NCBI GenBank assembly: GCA_964412025.1
Contig: CAYPLY010000002.1
Coordinates: forward strand, 33,614-97,613
Length of the DNA stretch: 64,000 bases
Direction of reading: 5' to 3'
Source: Candidatus Woesearchaeota archaeon
GTDB taxonomy: Archaea > Nanobdellota > Nanobdellia > Pacearchaeales > GW2011-AR1
A program made the translations under genes and the position numbers. The notes below the pieces were generated by a model. That model was not told the DNA's origin and searched no databases. It saw only the letters and a program-made list of their open reading frames with translations. Positions 47,191 to 57,900 of the stretch are shown piece after piece. Every line of letters begins with the position of its first letter. The first letter of the stretch is position 1.

Positions 47191-47504
47191 ATGAATTTTT
47201 AAGCAAATTAATTACTTTAAGCTATTCTAGATATAGATTTTTTACTTTTTTGGGAGTATTAATTTTATTGAGGATACTTCCATTTTCTTCTATTGAAAAA
47301 ACCCACAACTTTTCAATTTGTTCAATAATTCTAGGAAAATACTGCTATTCGGTGGGTATAACTCGGGGGGTGGCAAGTTTGTTGAGAGGAGAATTTCAAA
47401 GAGCGATAGAATTTAATCCATTGTCTTTTTTAGTAACCCTCGTATTGGTTTTATTTATATCATATGACTTCTTCAAAGGATTTATAAAATATAAAAAACA
47501 ATAG
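47175..47504 (+). CDS. Membrane protein, hypothetical
   Basis: 3 hydrophobic segments. Confidence 0.3.
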   Translation: MGSRLNEFLSKLITLSYSRYRFFTFLGVLILLRILPFSSIEKTHNFSICSIILGKYCYSVGITRGVASLLRGEFQRAIEFNPLSFLVTLVLVLFISYDFFKGFIKYKKQ

Positions 47505-47509
47505 ATAAT

Positions 47510-47800
47510 ATGAAAAAAGAAGAAGAAAAATTAAGAAAAGAAAGAGGAGAAGCACTGATGAGGATTCCTGTAGGGATAGTATCTGGAATAATAATTTATG
47601 TCTGGGCTTATCTCATAGGAGTTTTCTTTATCATAAATTTAGTATACAAAATATTTTCTGGTAAAAGAATAGATGAACTTGCAGCAATGTCTGAAACATG
47701 GAACACTCAAAATTATTATTTTATGAGGTATATGACTTTCGGCTCAAATGAAAGGCCTTTTCCTTTTGAAGAATTGAAAAAGAATATGAATAAAATTTAG
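47510..47800 (+). CDS. Small membrane protein, hypothetical
   Basis: One hydrophobic helix after a charged N-terminus. Confidence 0.3.
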   Translation: MKKEEEKLRKERGEALMRIPVGIVSGIIIYVWAYLIGVFFIINLVYKIFSGKRIDELAAMSETWNTQNYYFMRYMTFGSNERPFPFEELKKNMNKI

Positions 47801-47802
47801 AA

Positions 47803-48222
47803 TTAATTTTTCTTTATACTTAATTTTTCCAGTTTGTCTTGAACATGATTAAATAAAGTAGTTGAAACCAGAGGTTTGTGATTTCCCTCGTGAATTTGTC
47901 CCCCAAATTTGACTTTTCCCACATATGCGAAGTTTCTTAATACCTTTTTTAAGCCGTTAACTGAAAGTCTATGTTTTGAGGCAAGTATTGATAGATTAAT
48001 ATCTGGCTGAAGAAACTCTTCAAAAATCTCCTCTACTTCTCTTGAATTTTGTGCGGGGATTAATATTTTGTCGCGTAAATCCCATTCATACCCAAATGGA
48101 GCTCTAGACATATGCTTCCCTTCTGAAAACTTTTTTATCATACCTTTTTTCTGGGATTCTCCTCTATCTTCTCTGGAATTGTGTTCTATTTCAAACTCAT
48201 GTCCGCATTTTGGGCATTTCAT
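47803..48222 (-). CDS. Zn-ribbon plus serine-recombinase-type 'recombinase' DNA-binding domain protein (no catalytic resolvase domain)
   Basis: CPKCGHEF zinc ribbon; SRAPFGYEW...LRNFAYVGKVKFGG resembles the PFGY-containing recombinase domain of large serine recombinases; 4-nt overlap with the integrase gene. Confidence 0.45.
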   Translation of the reverse strand: MKCPKCGHEFEIEHNSREDRGESQKKGMIKKFSEGKHMSRAPFGYEWDLRDKILIPAQNSREVEEIFEEFLQPDINLSILASKHRLSVNGLKKVLRNFAYVGKVKFGGQIHEGNHKPLVSTTLFNHVQDKLEKLSIKKN

Positions 48223-49052
48223 TTCATAACCTCATCTATGGGGGATTTAATTTTTTTAAGTTCTTCTCTTGAAATATGAGTATATATCTGGGTAGTTGAA
48301 AGGTCACTATGTCCCAACAACTCTTGTATTTTTCTTATATCTGTCCCATTCTCTAAAAGATGGGTTGCAAAACTATGTCTTAAGGTATGACAATGAACAT
48401 CTTTATTTATTCCCGCTCTTTTTCCTGCTTTAGAAATAATCTTTTGAAGATTTCTTTCAGATAATCTTCCTTTTGGTCCCGTAAACAAATATTCTTTTTT
48501 TTCTTCTTTTTGTTTTTCAACTTGAGTCTTTAAATCTTCTAAAAGAAATTCTGGAAGGTTAAACACCCTATCCTTTTTACCTTTTCCCTGACGAACACTT
48601 CCAATTTTCTCCTCGAAATTTAAATCTTTAACTTTTAAATTAACTAACTCTGAAACTCTAAAACCACAAGCATACATAAAAGATACCATGGTCTTAGATT
48701 TTTTTGTATCTATGGAATTGATAAGTGTCTTAACTTCTTCTTTTGTTAGAACAGAAGGTATCCTTTTTTCTTTTTTGGGACGTTTTATACTAAGGGTTAT
48801 ATCTTTATGAAGAATATTTGTGAAAGAGTACCTTATTGCAGAAAGAAAAACTATGATTGAAGAAGAGGAAGCTTCTCCAAGCTTCTCAACAAGATAGGAC
48901 TTTAAGTCGTCTTCATTTATTTCTTGAGGTTCTTTTTTGATATAATCAAGAAATTTTCTGTTACAATCAAGATAATTTCTAAGAGTATATTCAGAGTTCT
49001 TAGATATTTTTAATTCTATTTCAAGTTTCTTTAAAAAATCTTCTGAATTCAT
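48219..49052 (-). CDS. xerA: Tyrosine site-specific recombinase (XerA/XerC/D-like integrase)
   Basis: C-terminal HTLRHSFATHLLENGTDIRKIQELLGHSDLSTTQIYTH (R...HxxR...Y catalytic box); 277 aa. Confidence 0.8.
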   Translation of the reverse strand: MNSEDFLKKLEIELKISKNSEYTLRNYLDCNRKFLDYIKKEPQEINEDDLKSYLVEKLGEASSSSIIVFLSAIRYSFTNILHKDITLSIKRPKKEKRIPSVLTKEEVKTLINSIDTKKSKTMVSFMYACGFRVSELVNLKVKDLNFEEKIGSVRQGKGKKDRVFNLPEFLLEDLKTQVEKQKEEKKEYLFTGPKGRLSERNLQKIISKAGKRAGINKDVHCHTLRHSFATHLLENGTDIRKIQELLGHSDLSTTQIYTHISREELKKIKSPIDEVMK

Positions 49053-49294
49053 TTGCCTTCCTCTTTTAAGTTAGATTATAAATAAAATTATACGAACTCG
49101 TTTAAATATCTTTAGATAAACCTATTTGGGTTTATTGTTTTTTGAAGAATGTTTCATCAACTCTTTTTGATTTATCAACATAATTGCTACTGCACCCGCT
49201 ATAAACCAGGGGTTCCAGACAAATGCTAAAATCAAGAATAAAAGTGCTAAAATGGAAAGTGAAAATAATCTTAAGTTAAACATTTTAGAAAGAA

Positions 49295-50257
49295 TTAACT
49301 TCCTGGAGCAACCGTTGCCCCAAAGATTATATTACCTTGACAGGTTCCAGCAACCCCTAAAGGAACGTAAATTCTCCAGTAAGAAGCGTTAATTGCTTCA
49401 TTAAATGTATCATTCTGTCTATAATTCAAATCATATTTTTTAACCACGGGGTAAGAAGTTAAATTGGTATAGTTTGCAACAAATTGGGCAAGATCTAAAA
49501 CTCCGGGATTACTATTGGTTAAATTGTATTTCTCATTCTCTATACTGATATTTTTTATAAAACCAAGCGTACAATTCATTGCATTACCATCTTCCAATGC
49601 AAACCCGTAACCGCTCAAAGAAAGATTAATTTTAACATTTCCATAATTGGTTACATTTGAAACGTTCTCTAGAGAAACTTCTGTTGCATTTACTTCTCCA
49701 TAATAAATAAAATCGGGTAATCCTAAAGCCAACAAACTGGAGATGTTAATAATATCACTTCCATATCCCACCTTATTTTTTGAATCTGATACTTTAAGAG
49801 TACAATTCCAATCTCCTGCATTTGTATAATACCAGATATCCATGCTGCAGTTAATCCATGCTGTATATGTATCGTCTTCAATTATATCACAGGAATAGTT
49901 TGTATAATGATAGTTGTTATCATTTCCATCAATATAAGAAGATGAGACAGAGTCAAAAAATGTAGCAGTTGCATTGTCTATATCTTGCCACCCGTTGAAG
50001 TCCGTAGCTAATCCTGAGCAGTAGATTGTTTTTGTGGAGTTTGGGATAAGTGAAAGAGTGGAATCATTGTTTTGAATCGTAACATTCGTTAGCTCTGGGA
50101 AAACATTCCCCACGGTTAAATTTGTAATTACAGTAACATTGTGTTCTCCCACCCCTGCAAAAACCTCTCCAGGGAGAAAAGAGAATAATATGATGAGTAG
50201 AGCTATCTCTAATAAAATCAAAGATACTACTGTTTTTGTTTTATTTTTTAATATCAT
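49295..50257 (-). CDS. Secreted, sequon-rich (N-x-S/T) cell-surface protein
   Basis: Signal peptide; about 30 N-x-S/T sequons in 320 aa; several Cys. Confidence 0.45.
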   Translation of the reverse strand: MILKNKTKTVVSLILLEIALLIILFSFLPGEVFAGVGEHNVTVITNLTVGNVFPELTNVTIQNNDSTLSLIPNSTKTIYCSGLATDFNGWQDIDNATATFFDSVSSSYIDGNDNNYHYTNYSCDIIEDDTYTAWINCSMDIWYYTNAGDWNCTLKVSDSKNKVGYGSDIINISSLLALGLPDFIYYGEVNATEVSLENVSNVTNYGNVKINLSLSGYGFALEDGNAMNCTLGFIKNISIENEKYNLTNSNPGVLDLAQFVANYTNLTSYPVVKKYDLNYRQNDTFNEAINASYWRIYVPLGVAGTCQGNIIFGATVAPGS

Positions 50258-50258
50258 T

Positions 50259-51008
50259 TTAACCTAACTCAACATAAAGATAATATGCGGTTGATCCCGA
50301 GAATCCTTGTGATCCGTTTTCTGGAACAAGCATCTGGAAATCATATGTATTTCCATCATAACCTACTAAACCGGGTTCTAGGATTGTTGCATAAATAATG
50401 CTAGTTCCATCATACAATGCCATTTCTTCAAAATCATCATCTTGTGTACCATCACTTACAAAAGTGTTTAAAGTGGGGCATTCATTTGCACTAAATGGAG
50501 TTCCCGCGACATAAAATAAATCATGAGTTCCAGTTTGGAAAGTGGTATTTATAGTATCCTGCCTTAAAGAAATATTATGAAACAGCGCCACATCTTCTGT
50601 TGCAAGAGTAGTGGCAACATCTGCACAATCAATTAGATTCCATTCTATTGTCGAGGAATCTCTTGTTGCATAAACTCTTCCGGAAGTTACAGCAAAACTC
50701 CAATCATAAATAGTTGAACCTGCAGAATCATCCAGTGTGAATGCAGCAGTAATCCATCCTACGAAAGCTTTCCAATGAGTATTTTGAACTGTTGCAGACA
50801 AGTTTAATGCTGCAATGTATCCCCCAGAAATATTGAAAAAACCTGCTGCAGTGGTATTCATAGTCTCATTCCAAACAGAGATAACCTCGCTTGGACCTAC
50901 AGGGTCTGCCGCGGATATAAAAATATTTGATGAAACACAAATTGAAAATATTACACTTGCAAATAAGACAAATGCAAATAATGCTCTGTTTTCTCTTTTT
51001 TTAAACAT
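50259..51008 (-). CDS. Secreted protein, divergent member of the 'SWQGYFG...YYFWVELE' paralogue family
   Basis: Signal peptide; shares THDLFY and the C-terminal ...YYLYVELG with the family. Confidence 0.45.
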   Translation of the reverse strand: MFKKRENRALFAFVLFASVIFSICVSSNIFISAADPVGPSEVISVWNETMNTTAAGFFNISGGYIAALNLSATVQNTHWKAFVGWITAAFTLDDSAGSTIYDWSFAVTSGRVYATRDSSTIEWNLIDCADVATTLATEDVALFHNISLRQDTINTTFQTGTHDLFYVAGTPFSANECPTLNTFVSDGTQDDDFEEMALYDGTSIIYATILEPGLVGYDGNTYDFQMLVPENGSQGFSGSTAYYLYVELG

Positions 51009-51079
51009 ATTTTCGGTTCTTTATTCTCCTTCTCTCTTGAACTTCTTTTTCATCAATTTAAAATAAAAAAATAAATTAT

Positions 51080-51838
51080 TTACTCTAACTCTACCCAGAA
51101 GTAATAAGTAGTAGTCGAGGTATCTATTAAATGACCATTTTCTAATACAAGCATTTCAAAGTCATGTGCTCTCCCATCAAAACCTAGTGGACTTTCTTCA
51201 TCCAAGATAGATGTAAAAACTACGCTAAGAGTTGTAGGGTCATATAATAAAACTTCCTGGAACATGCTATCTGTTGCATTTTGATTAGATGCAAAGATGT
51301 GTGTACTTGCACACTCTCCTGGAGTGAAATCAATATTGTTTGTATAAAACAAGTCATGAGTGAGACCAAATCCATTCTCATGAGTTCCACCTACAGAGAA
51401 AGTTTCATTAACTCCATCCACATCGTCTGAAGCTATTCCAAACATTGCTTCTAAATCTTCAAAATAAGTTCCAAGTTCAGTTTCTAAACACTTGATTGTA
51501 CCCCATGTAATTGAATCATTGGTAGAGGCATAGATTTCACCCTCTGGAGAAGCCAAAGACCAGTTGTACATAACATTGTCAGCGCTGTCTGCCAATTGGA
51601 TTGTACCTGAAACATTTCCAAAATAACCTTGCCAGGACTGAGTTATAGAAATACCTGTTACCTCAAGTTCAGTGATATTTCCCGCAATAGCAAAATCACT
51701 ATCTGCAGCGGTCGCATTCATCCTTGAACTGGTTAAATTTGTTACGTCTGCACCAAATGGTTCTACAGCCAAAACTGTAAGAGACAAAAATACAATTAAC
51801 AAAATAGAAAATAGAAACAACTTGCCAAATTTACCCAT
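51080..51838 (-). CDS. Secreted protein of the 'SWQGYFG...YYFWVELE' paralogue family
   Basis: Signal peptide; TQSWQGYFGNVSGTIQLAD...YNWSLASPEGEIYAS...HDFEMLVLENGH...TTTYYFWVELE. Confidence 0.5.
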   Translation of the reverse strand: MGKFGKLFLFSILLIVFLSLTVLAVEPFGADVTNLTSSRMNATAADSDFAIAGNITELEVTGISITQSWQGYFGNVSGTIQLADSADNVMYNWSLASPEGEIYASTNDSITWGTIKCLETELGTYFEDLEAMFGIASDDVDGVNETFSVGGTHENGFGLTHDLFYTNNIDFTPGECASTHIFASNQNATDSMFQEVLLYDPTTLSVVFTSILDEESPLGFDGRAHDFEMLVLENGHLIDTSTTTYYFWVELE

Positions 51839-51984
51839 CTCTTTTTTTTATCCTCCTTTCAATTTTAAAAACTTTTAGTTTTTATAAAGTAAATTAGCAA
51901 GAGTGATTTATAAATCTTTCGAGATTAGATGTAAACTTCAAGGACAACAAAAATTATATTGAGATGTATCCCAAAAAAGTATAA

Positions 51985-54900
51985 TCAAAATATTTCTACA
52001 TAAAATATTGCGGCTTTTGTGTCCGTTGTTCTATACTCTCTTAATTTTGCAGGCACCCTTATCTCATAATCGTACGTACCATATGTTCCCTCTTTATATT
52101 TGTTAATTGGTGAGATAAAAATTAAATCTTCCTTGTCTGCTAAATCAAACTCTCCATTTGTTCCATTTGTGTCATCGGAGTAATCCCACAATATTCCAGT
52201 AATGAAATTAGAATTGTTTGTAGAATTAATTATTGGAACTTCTTGGATTGTATCGTCAAATGAATAAATATCTGAAGTATATTTTGGTGTTCCTGAATTT
52301 GTATATGTAGAGTAGACAGAGTCAGTATATAGTGTTGAATTTAGTAGAGTGTCTACTTCCTCGAAATCTGAAGCACTATCTGCGTTTAATTTTGTTTTTC
52401 CCAGAGATTGTAAGGTTCCCCAAGAGATATAAGAATCATAATCTGTGATGTAAACATTTCCTTGATTGAAATTTTCTGTACTCCAATTCGTTAATTTAAG
52501 TTCCAAAGAATCTGCAAGAACTAAATTACTAGATGATAAAACATCTCCGTAAAAAAAGTGCCAAGAACCTATACTTATACTTCTACTTGCCTTGTTATTT
52601 GATTCATTTAATTCAATAAAACTTCCGTTTGTTGATAAAGGAGGATCAACAACTACAAAGATTTCTGATGGTCCCATCTGTGAAGACCAATCTTTGGTGA
52701 TATTTATCTGACTAAACATAGAAAGATTTGTATATATATCTGAACCAATTTTAACCCCTCCCAAATCTGGATCTCCCTCGTAAAAGCTGATAGTTACATT
52801 TCCAATATCTACTCCTGCAAGATTATGTATTGTTGCAGTTATCTTTATAACTTGATTTTCTTTTGGATTTGAATTATTAAAAAATATTTCTGATGAATTA
52901 ACAAAAAAGTCTGGATAAGTAAGGTTAAATTTTCTCAATTCGCTTATATTTGTATTTTTCATTTGGTCCCAACAAGTAACATTCCAGGAGTGTTCTCCCT
53001 GTCCCAATACGGAAGTAAGAACATATTCTCTTTTTGAAATATTGCTTGTCACCCAAACATTAGGCCTTCTTACTATTCCATCTATGGTTAGATTACATTG
53101 AAGAATATTATCCAAAACATCTATTGCTGTCCAATTAAAATAAACTCTGTCTTCATTGAAATCTATGCCAGAATTATTTTCTGGAGAGTTCAAAATTATT
53201 AAAGGAGGAGAGAAATCCATGGAGAAATATTTGTGAGTTGCATTTGCATATGAAGGGATAGGATTATTTGTATCAAAACATCCCACCGTCCAATTATGTA
53301 ATCCTTCTGTTATACCCGAAATAGTAAAATTAGGATTTATAATTAATTGAGCAGAAGATTTTGATTCATTTGGAACATCGTCTATGTATAAAGTACAATT
53401 GTTGATTATCTGTGCATCTTCTGCTAAGTAGTGGAAAGTGACTGAACTACCAAAACCATAAAAATCATCATCGGGGGTATAAAGAGTGATCTGAGGAGGA
53501 GCATATACTGTAAAATTTCTTGTTTCACTTGTGTTGGAATTCTCAGCATTGTCTATACATTCGATTGTCCAATTGTAACTTCCATCATCCAACAAATACG
53601 GGTATATTTCTGGAGTTGAATTTTCTGCAATAACTTGATCATAAAAAATATCATTGATGAAAATACTACAAGAGATGTTTTCATTTAAATTGTCTTCCAC
53701 TGTAAAATTAAATAAAACTTCATTCCAATCTAAGGTTTCGTTTGGTTCAGGAAAGTTAAGAACAATATTTGGTGCTTCTGTGTCTATGTATAACGTCCTA
53801 TTTTCATCGCTACCCATTACTCCTAAAGAATCTACACAATAAACATTCCAGGTATAATTCCCTTGAGGAAGAACCTCATTGAAATAATTAGAATTATCGT
53901 TAATTATAGGTGTGGAATTAACAGCTACAAAAGAATCATCTATGTATAATGAACAATTAACAATGTCCTCTTCATATTTGTAAGCATAGTACTCAAATTC
54001 TATTTCTGTATAATTAATCCATAAATCAGGTTCGGGAGATATCAGAATAACTTCGGGTGGAGCAAAAGTAGTAAATGATCTTGTTTCGCTTGTATTTAAA
54101 TTTCCAGATAAATCCGAACAAGAAACATTCCAAAGATGTTCTCCTGAGATTAAATCCCTTGTAATCAAATTTATGCTATTATTTTCTAAAATTAAAGGAG
54201 TTATATTATTATCTACAGTAAAATTACATGTTAAATTTTGTGCAAGGTTATCTCTAGCTGTAAAGTTAAAAGTTATTTGTGAAGAATAAATTACCTCTTC
54301 ATCTTCGGGGTAAGTTAATTCTATTTGTGGAGAGGAATTGTCTCTATAAAAGAATCGTGTTTCTGAATTGTTTTGTAACCCATATGTATCAAAACATCTT
54401 ACATCCCAGCTATAAAAACCATCAGATAAATCGGTTATTGAAAAATTTGTTAATTGATTGTTTAATGGAGAGTGAGCTACATCTTTGAAAGAATTATTTA
54501 TGTAAAGAGAACAATTCGAGAGATTAGTGTTATCTGAAGGAGTGTATTGTAATAAAATATTTTCTTTAAACCAAGTTAAATTTTCTGTAATTAAAGAAAT
54601 CTTTGGAGATTCTCTAATGGTTATCTCTCTATTTTCACTGATATTATAATGTCCTGCAGAATCTACGCAACTTACATTCCAAACTTTTAAACCATCTGTT
54701 AATCCAATTATAGGTCTGCTTGTATTTGCATTTCTTGTTACAACTATATTATTATCATATTTCTCACCTACGCTTAAATTACAAATTAGCTCTGAATCAA
54801 GATTATCTGTAGCATTAAAATAAAAACTTAAATAAGAGGATTGTGAAATTGTTGAAGTCTCTGGATTTAAGAGATAAACAATAGGGTTTTGTGTATCTAC

Positions 54901-57900
54901 ATAAAAAGATCTTGTAGAAGCAAGTGTACTATATCCTCCATTATCGGTTATGTTAACTGTCCAATTATAAAATCCATCTTGAAGCGAGAGTGTAAAATTG
55001 TTGTATGCTTTATTAATAATTAGGGATTGGTTCGATTGGTTGTATGTTCCATTTAAATATAAATCTGCAACATTTAAGTCATTGTTGTCAGAGGCATTAT
55101 AAATAAGAGTAACTAATGAAGTATTAAACCACCAATAATTAGAGGTTATCAAAAATATTTCTGGAGGAACATCATCTATATTAAAATGGAATGTTTCACT
55201 TGTATGGCTCCTTAAAGAATTATCAAAACATGTAACATTCCAATAATGTGTTCCAACGTTTAAGTAACCAGAATTATAACTTGCATTTGTTCCATTTTCA
55301 ACATAAACTCCGGAGTGAATTGTTTTTCCATCTAATATAACATTACAACTAAGATTTAAATCCATATTATCTGTTACATTAAAAACTAAATTTAAATTAT
55401 TTACAAGGTTGTTTGCTCCATCTTCAGGATAAATTAATTTAACAAATGGATTTTCTAGATCAACATAAAATATCCTTGTTTCATTTGAAGCTGCTTCTAA
55501 ATTAGTCCTATCTGTGGCATTAACACTCCAATTATAAATTCCTTGCCCAAGAAAGATTGTAAAATTATTAACTGCATTATTTGTTATTGCAGATTGGTTT
55601 GTTTGATTTTTTTGCCCATTCAGGATTAATGTTGAATTTGCAAGATTGTCATTTAAATCAGAAACATTGTAATAAAGAACTACTTGAGATGAATTAAACC
55701 AAGTTAAATTGGTTGGAGAAGTTAAATTTACGCTTGGAGGAGTTGCCCCCGCAGAAGTTACCGTTACAGGGTTTGTTGTTGTCCCATTATAATTATCATA
55801 TGTTCCAACTGAAATACATCGGATATTGTTGTCTGAAGAATAAGCATTCCCTCTTATAACAAATGTAGTGTTTTGAGAAACATTTGTTACATTCCCTAAA
55901 TAATGGGGATTAGTTTCTCCTGAGTTTAAAATAAGATTTCCTGAAGAACCTATATTGACCCATCCTGAAGTTGAAGTGTTTCTTTGAATGTACACATTAA
56001 CATTTCTGCAAGTTCCAAAAGAACAATTAACTTCGCATGTTGCCTCGAAAGTGTCTTCTTGGGGAACATATGGATCAACTAAGGGGGAAACTAAGTCTGT
56101 ATGTAAAAATCCTTCTGTAGTTAAATTAACAACAACATAGGAGTTTGTTCCTGAATCCCAAGTATGAGTTAATACTTTATCTTTATTATGAGTATTATAT
56201 GCATTAATAACTAATTTTAGTCTATCACTTTGTCCCAAATAGATATCTCTATCTATACAAGTAGTGTTTGTTCCTGATGCTGCATTTTCAAAAATACCGC
56301 TATTTGCATCATTCCCTAGTTGACATATTAAAGTATCTGTTCCCCCCCTAGAAACATAAAGTTTCCAAGTTATTGCAATCTTTCCCGCAGGGGTTGAAGA
56401 GCTAAATGTTCCAGAAAAACTAATAGGGGTTCCAGAAGGGATAACAGCCCCATTATATCCCATATATTGGGAAGTTGCACTAACTATATTTGCTAATCCT
56501 CCTGCACCAATATCAAATATAACAGAATTCGTTGTTGCATCCTGGGTGCTTTTTAATTTTATTTCTGCTAAAGTATTTCTGGAAGGATTAAATGTTGAAC
56601 TTTCATATAATGTTCCTGTAAATAATTCGGGGGTTATAGAGACATTTATTGTCCTATTTTGGCTGAACCCTGTTCTACCTCCTTCATCAACACATGAAAC
56701 ATACCAAGTGTATATTCCATTATCTAAGAATTCATTGAAGGTCATATTTGAATTTTTTGTTATTGAATACTCTGTTTTCTTTAATTGATTGTTTATATAT
56801 AAAGAACAATTCTCAACTGAAGATAAATCAGAAACATTATACACAAAATATAAATTATCATCGCTTGTTATTGTAGAAGAGTTTGGAGGGTAAATTAAAT
56901 TAATTATTGGAGCAGCTAAATCAAATGAGAATGTATAATTATTTGCTCCAAAAAAACATCCATTAGAAGAGTCACAGCATTGTATATTCCATATATAATC
57001 TCCAGAAGAGGAATAAGTTTTGTTTATATAATTAAAAGTGTTATTAAAAATTGTGGATTGATTTGTTAAATTTCTATGCCAACTTCCAGTTGAATTGTCC
57101 CACAAACTGCAATTCAAAAAAGTAGCAGAAGAAATTGGAGTAAAATTAAAGACAACATTTTGGGAATAAAGAATATCTGTGGTTATGGGGGTTCTTAAAA
57201 GAACTTCAAATGCTCCTGTTTCATAAGTACTATAACTTATCCGCATATATCCTGCTGCTCCTGCTCCTCCACTAACTGATCCTCCTGAACCTTTTCTTCC
57301 TCCTCCACCTCCTCCACCATAAGTATTACCTGGATTTCCTGAGCCAGTTGTTGTTCTTCCTGCACCCCCATCTCCTCCTAATTCGGGGGTTCCTGTTCCT
57401 GCTGTACCCACACTTGCATTTCCTCCAATTCCTGTTGAACCTGCTCCTCCACCTCCTGCACCAGAGAATGTAGAATTAGCAGTTCCCCCTTCTCCACCCA
57501 TATAAATCAAATCTCCTATTGAATTTGTAACACTTCCTCCTTCTCCTCCTGTTCCTGCACTTAACCCTCCACTTCCTCCGGCAGCATATAACTCTGAACC
57601 ATCTCCAAAGTAAGTAGGATTTCCCGAGGCTCCATTTCCAGAAGTTCCTGCAACGCTTGTTCCTACAACAAGGGTATAATTTTGATAAGGAGTAACTGAG
57701 AAGGTTTTTTTAGCATAAGCTCCTCCTCCTCCACCTCCTGCAATTCCTCCACCTCCTGCGGGCCTTCCTCCTCCTGCTCCTCCTCCTCCCCAGGCTTCAA
57801 CAGTAATTTCATAAACTCCTGCTGGAACCATCCAGGTTGTACTTGAAGTAAAGTTCTCTAAATAGTAAGTATAAGGATCAAGAATATGGTCAAATTCAAC

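Noticed and set aside
45527-49052. Simple 'tRNA-integrase' mobile element bounded by tRNA-Leu and the tyrosine recombinase
   Set aside because: The integrase is 2.6 kb from the tRNA and core ribosomal genes (L18e, L13, S9) lie between them. No copy of the tRNA 3' end is visible near either proposed boundary. The relationship between the integrase and the island remains unproven.
57230-57860. Highly repetitive CCTCCTCC/GGAGG-like DNA that could be mistaken for a microsatellite or CRISPR-like array
   Set aside because: It is the coding sequence of the Gly-rich domain of the giant protein (minus strand, in frame). There are no regular spacer-repeat units and no cas genes anywhere in the window.
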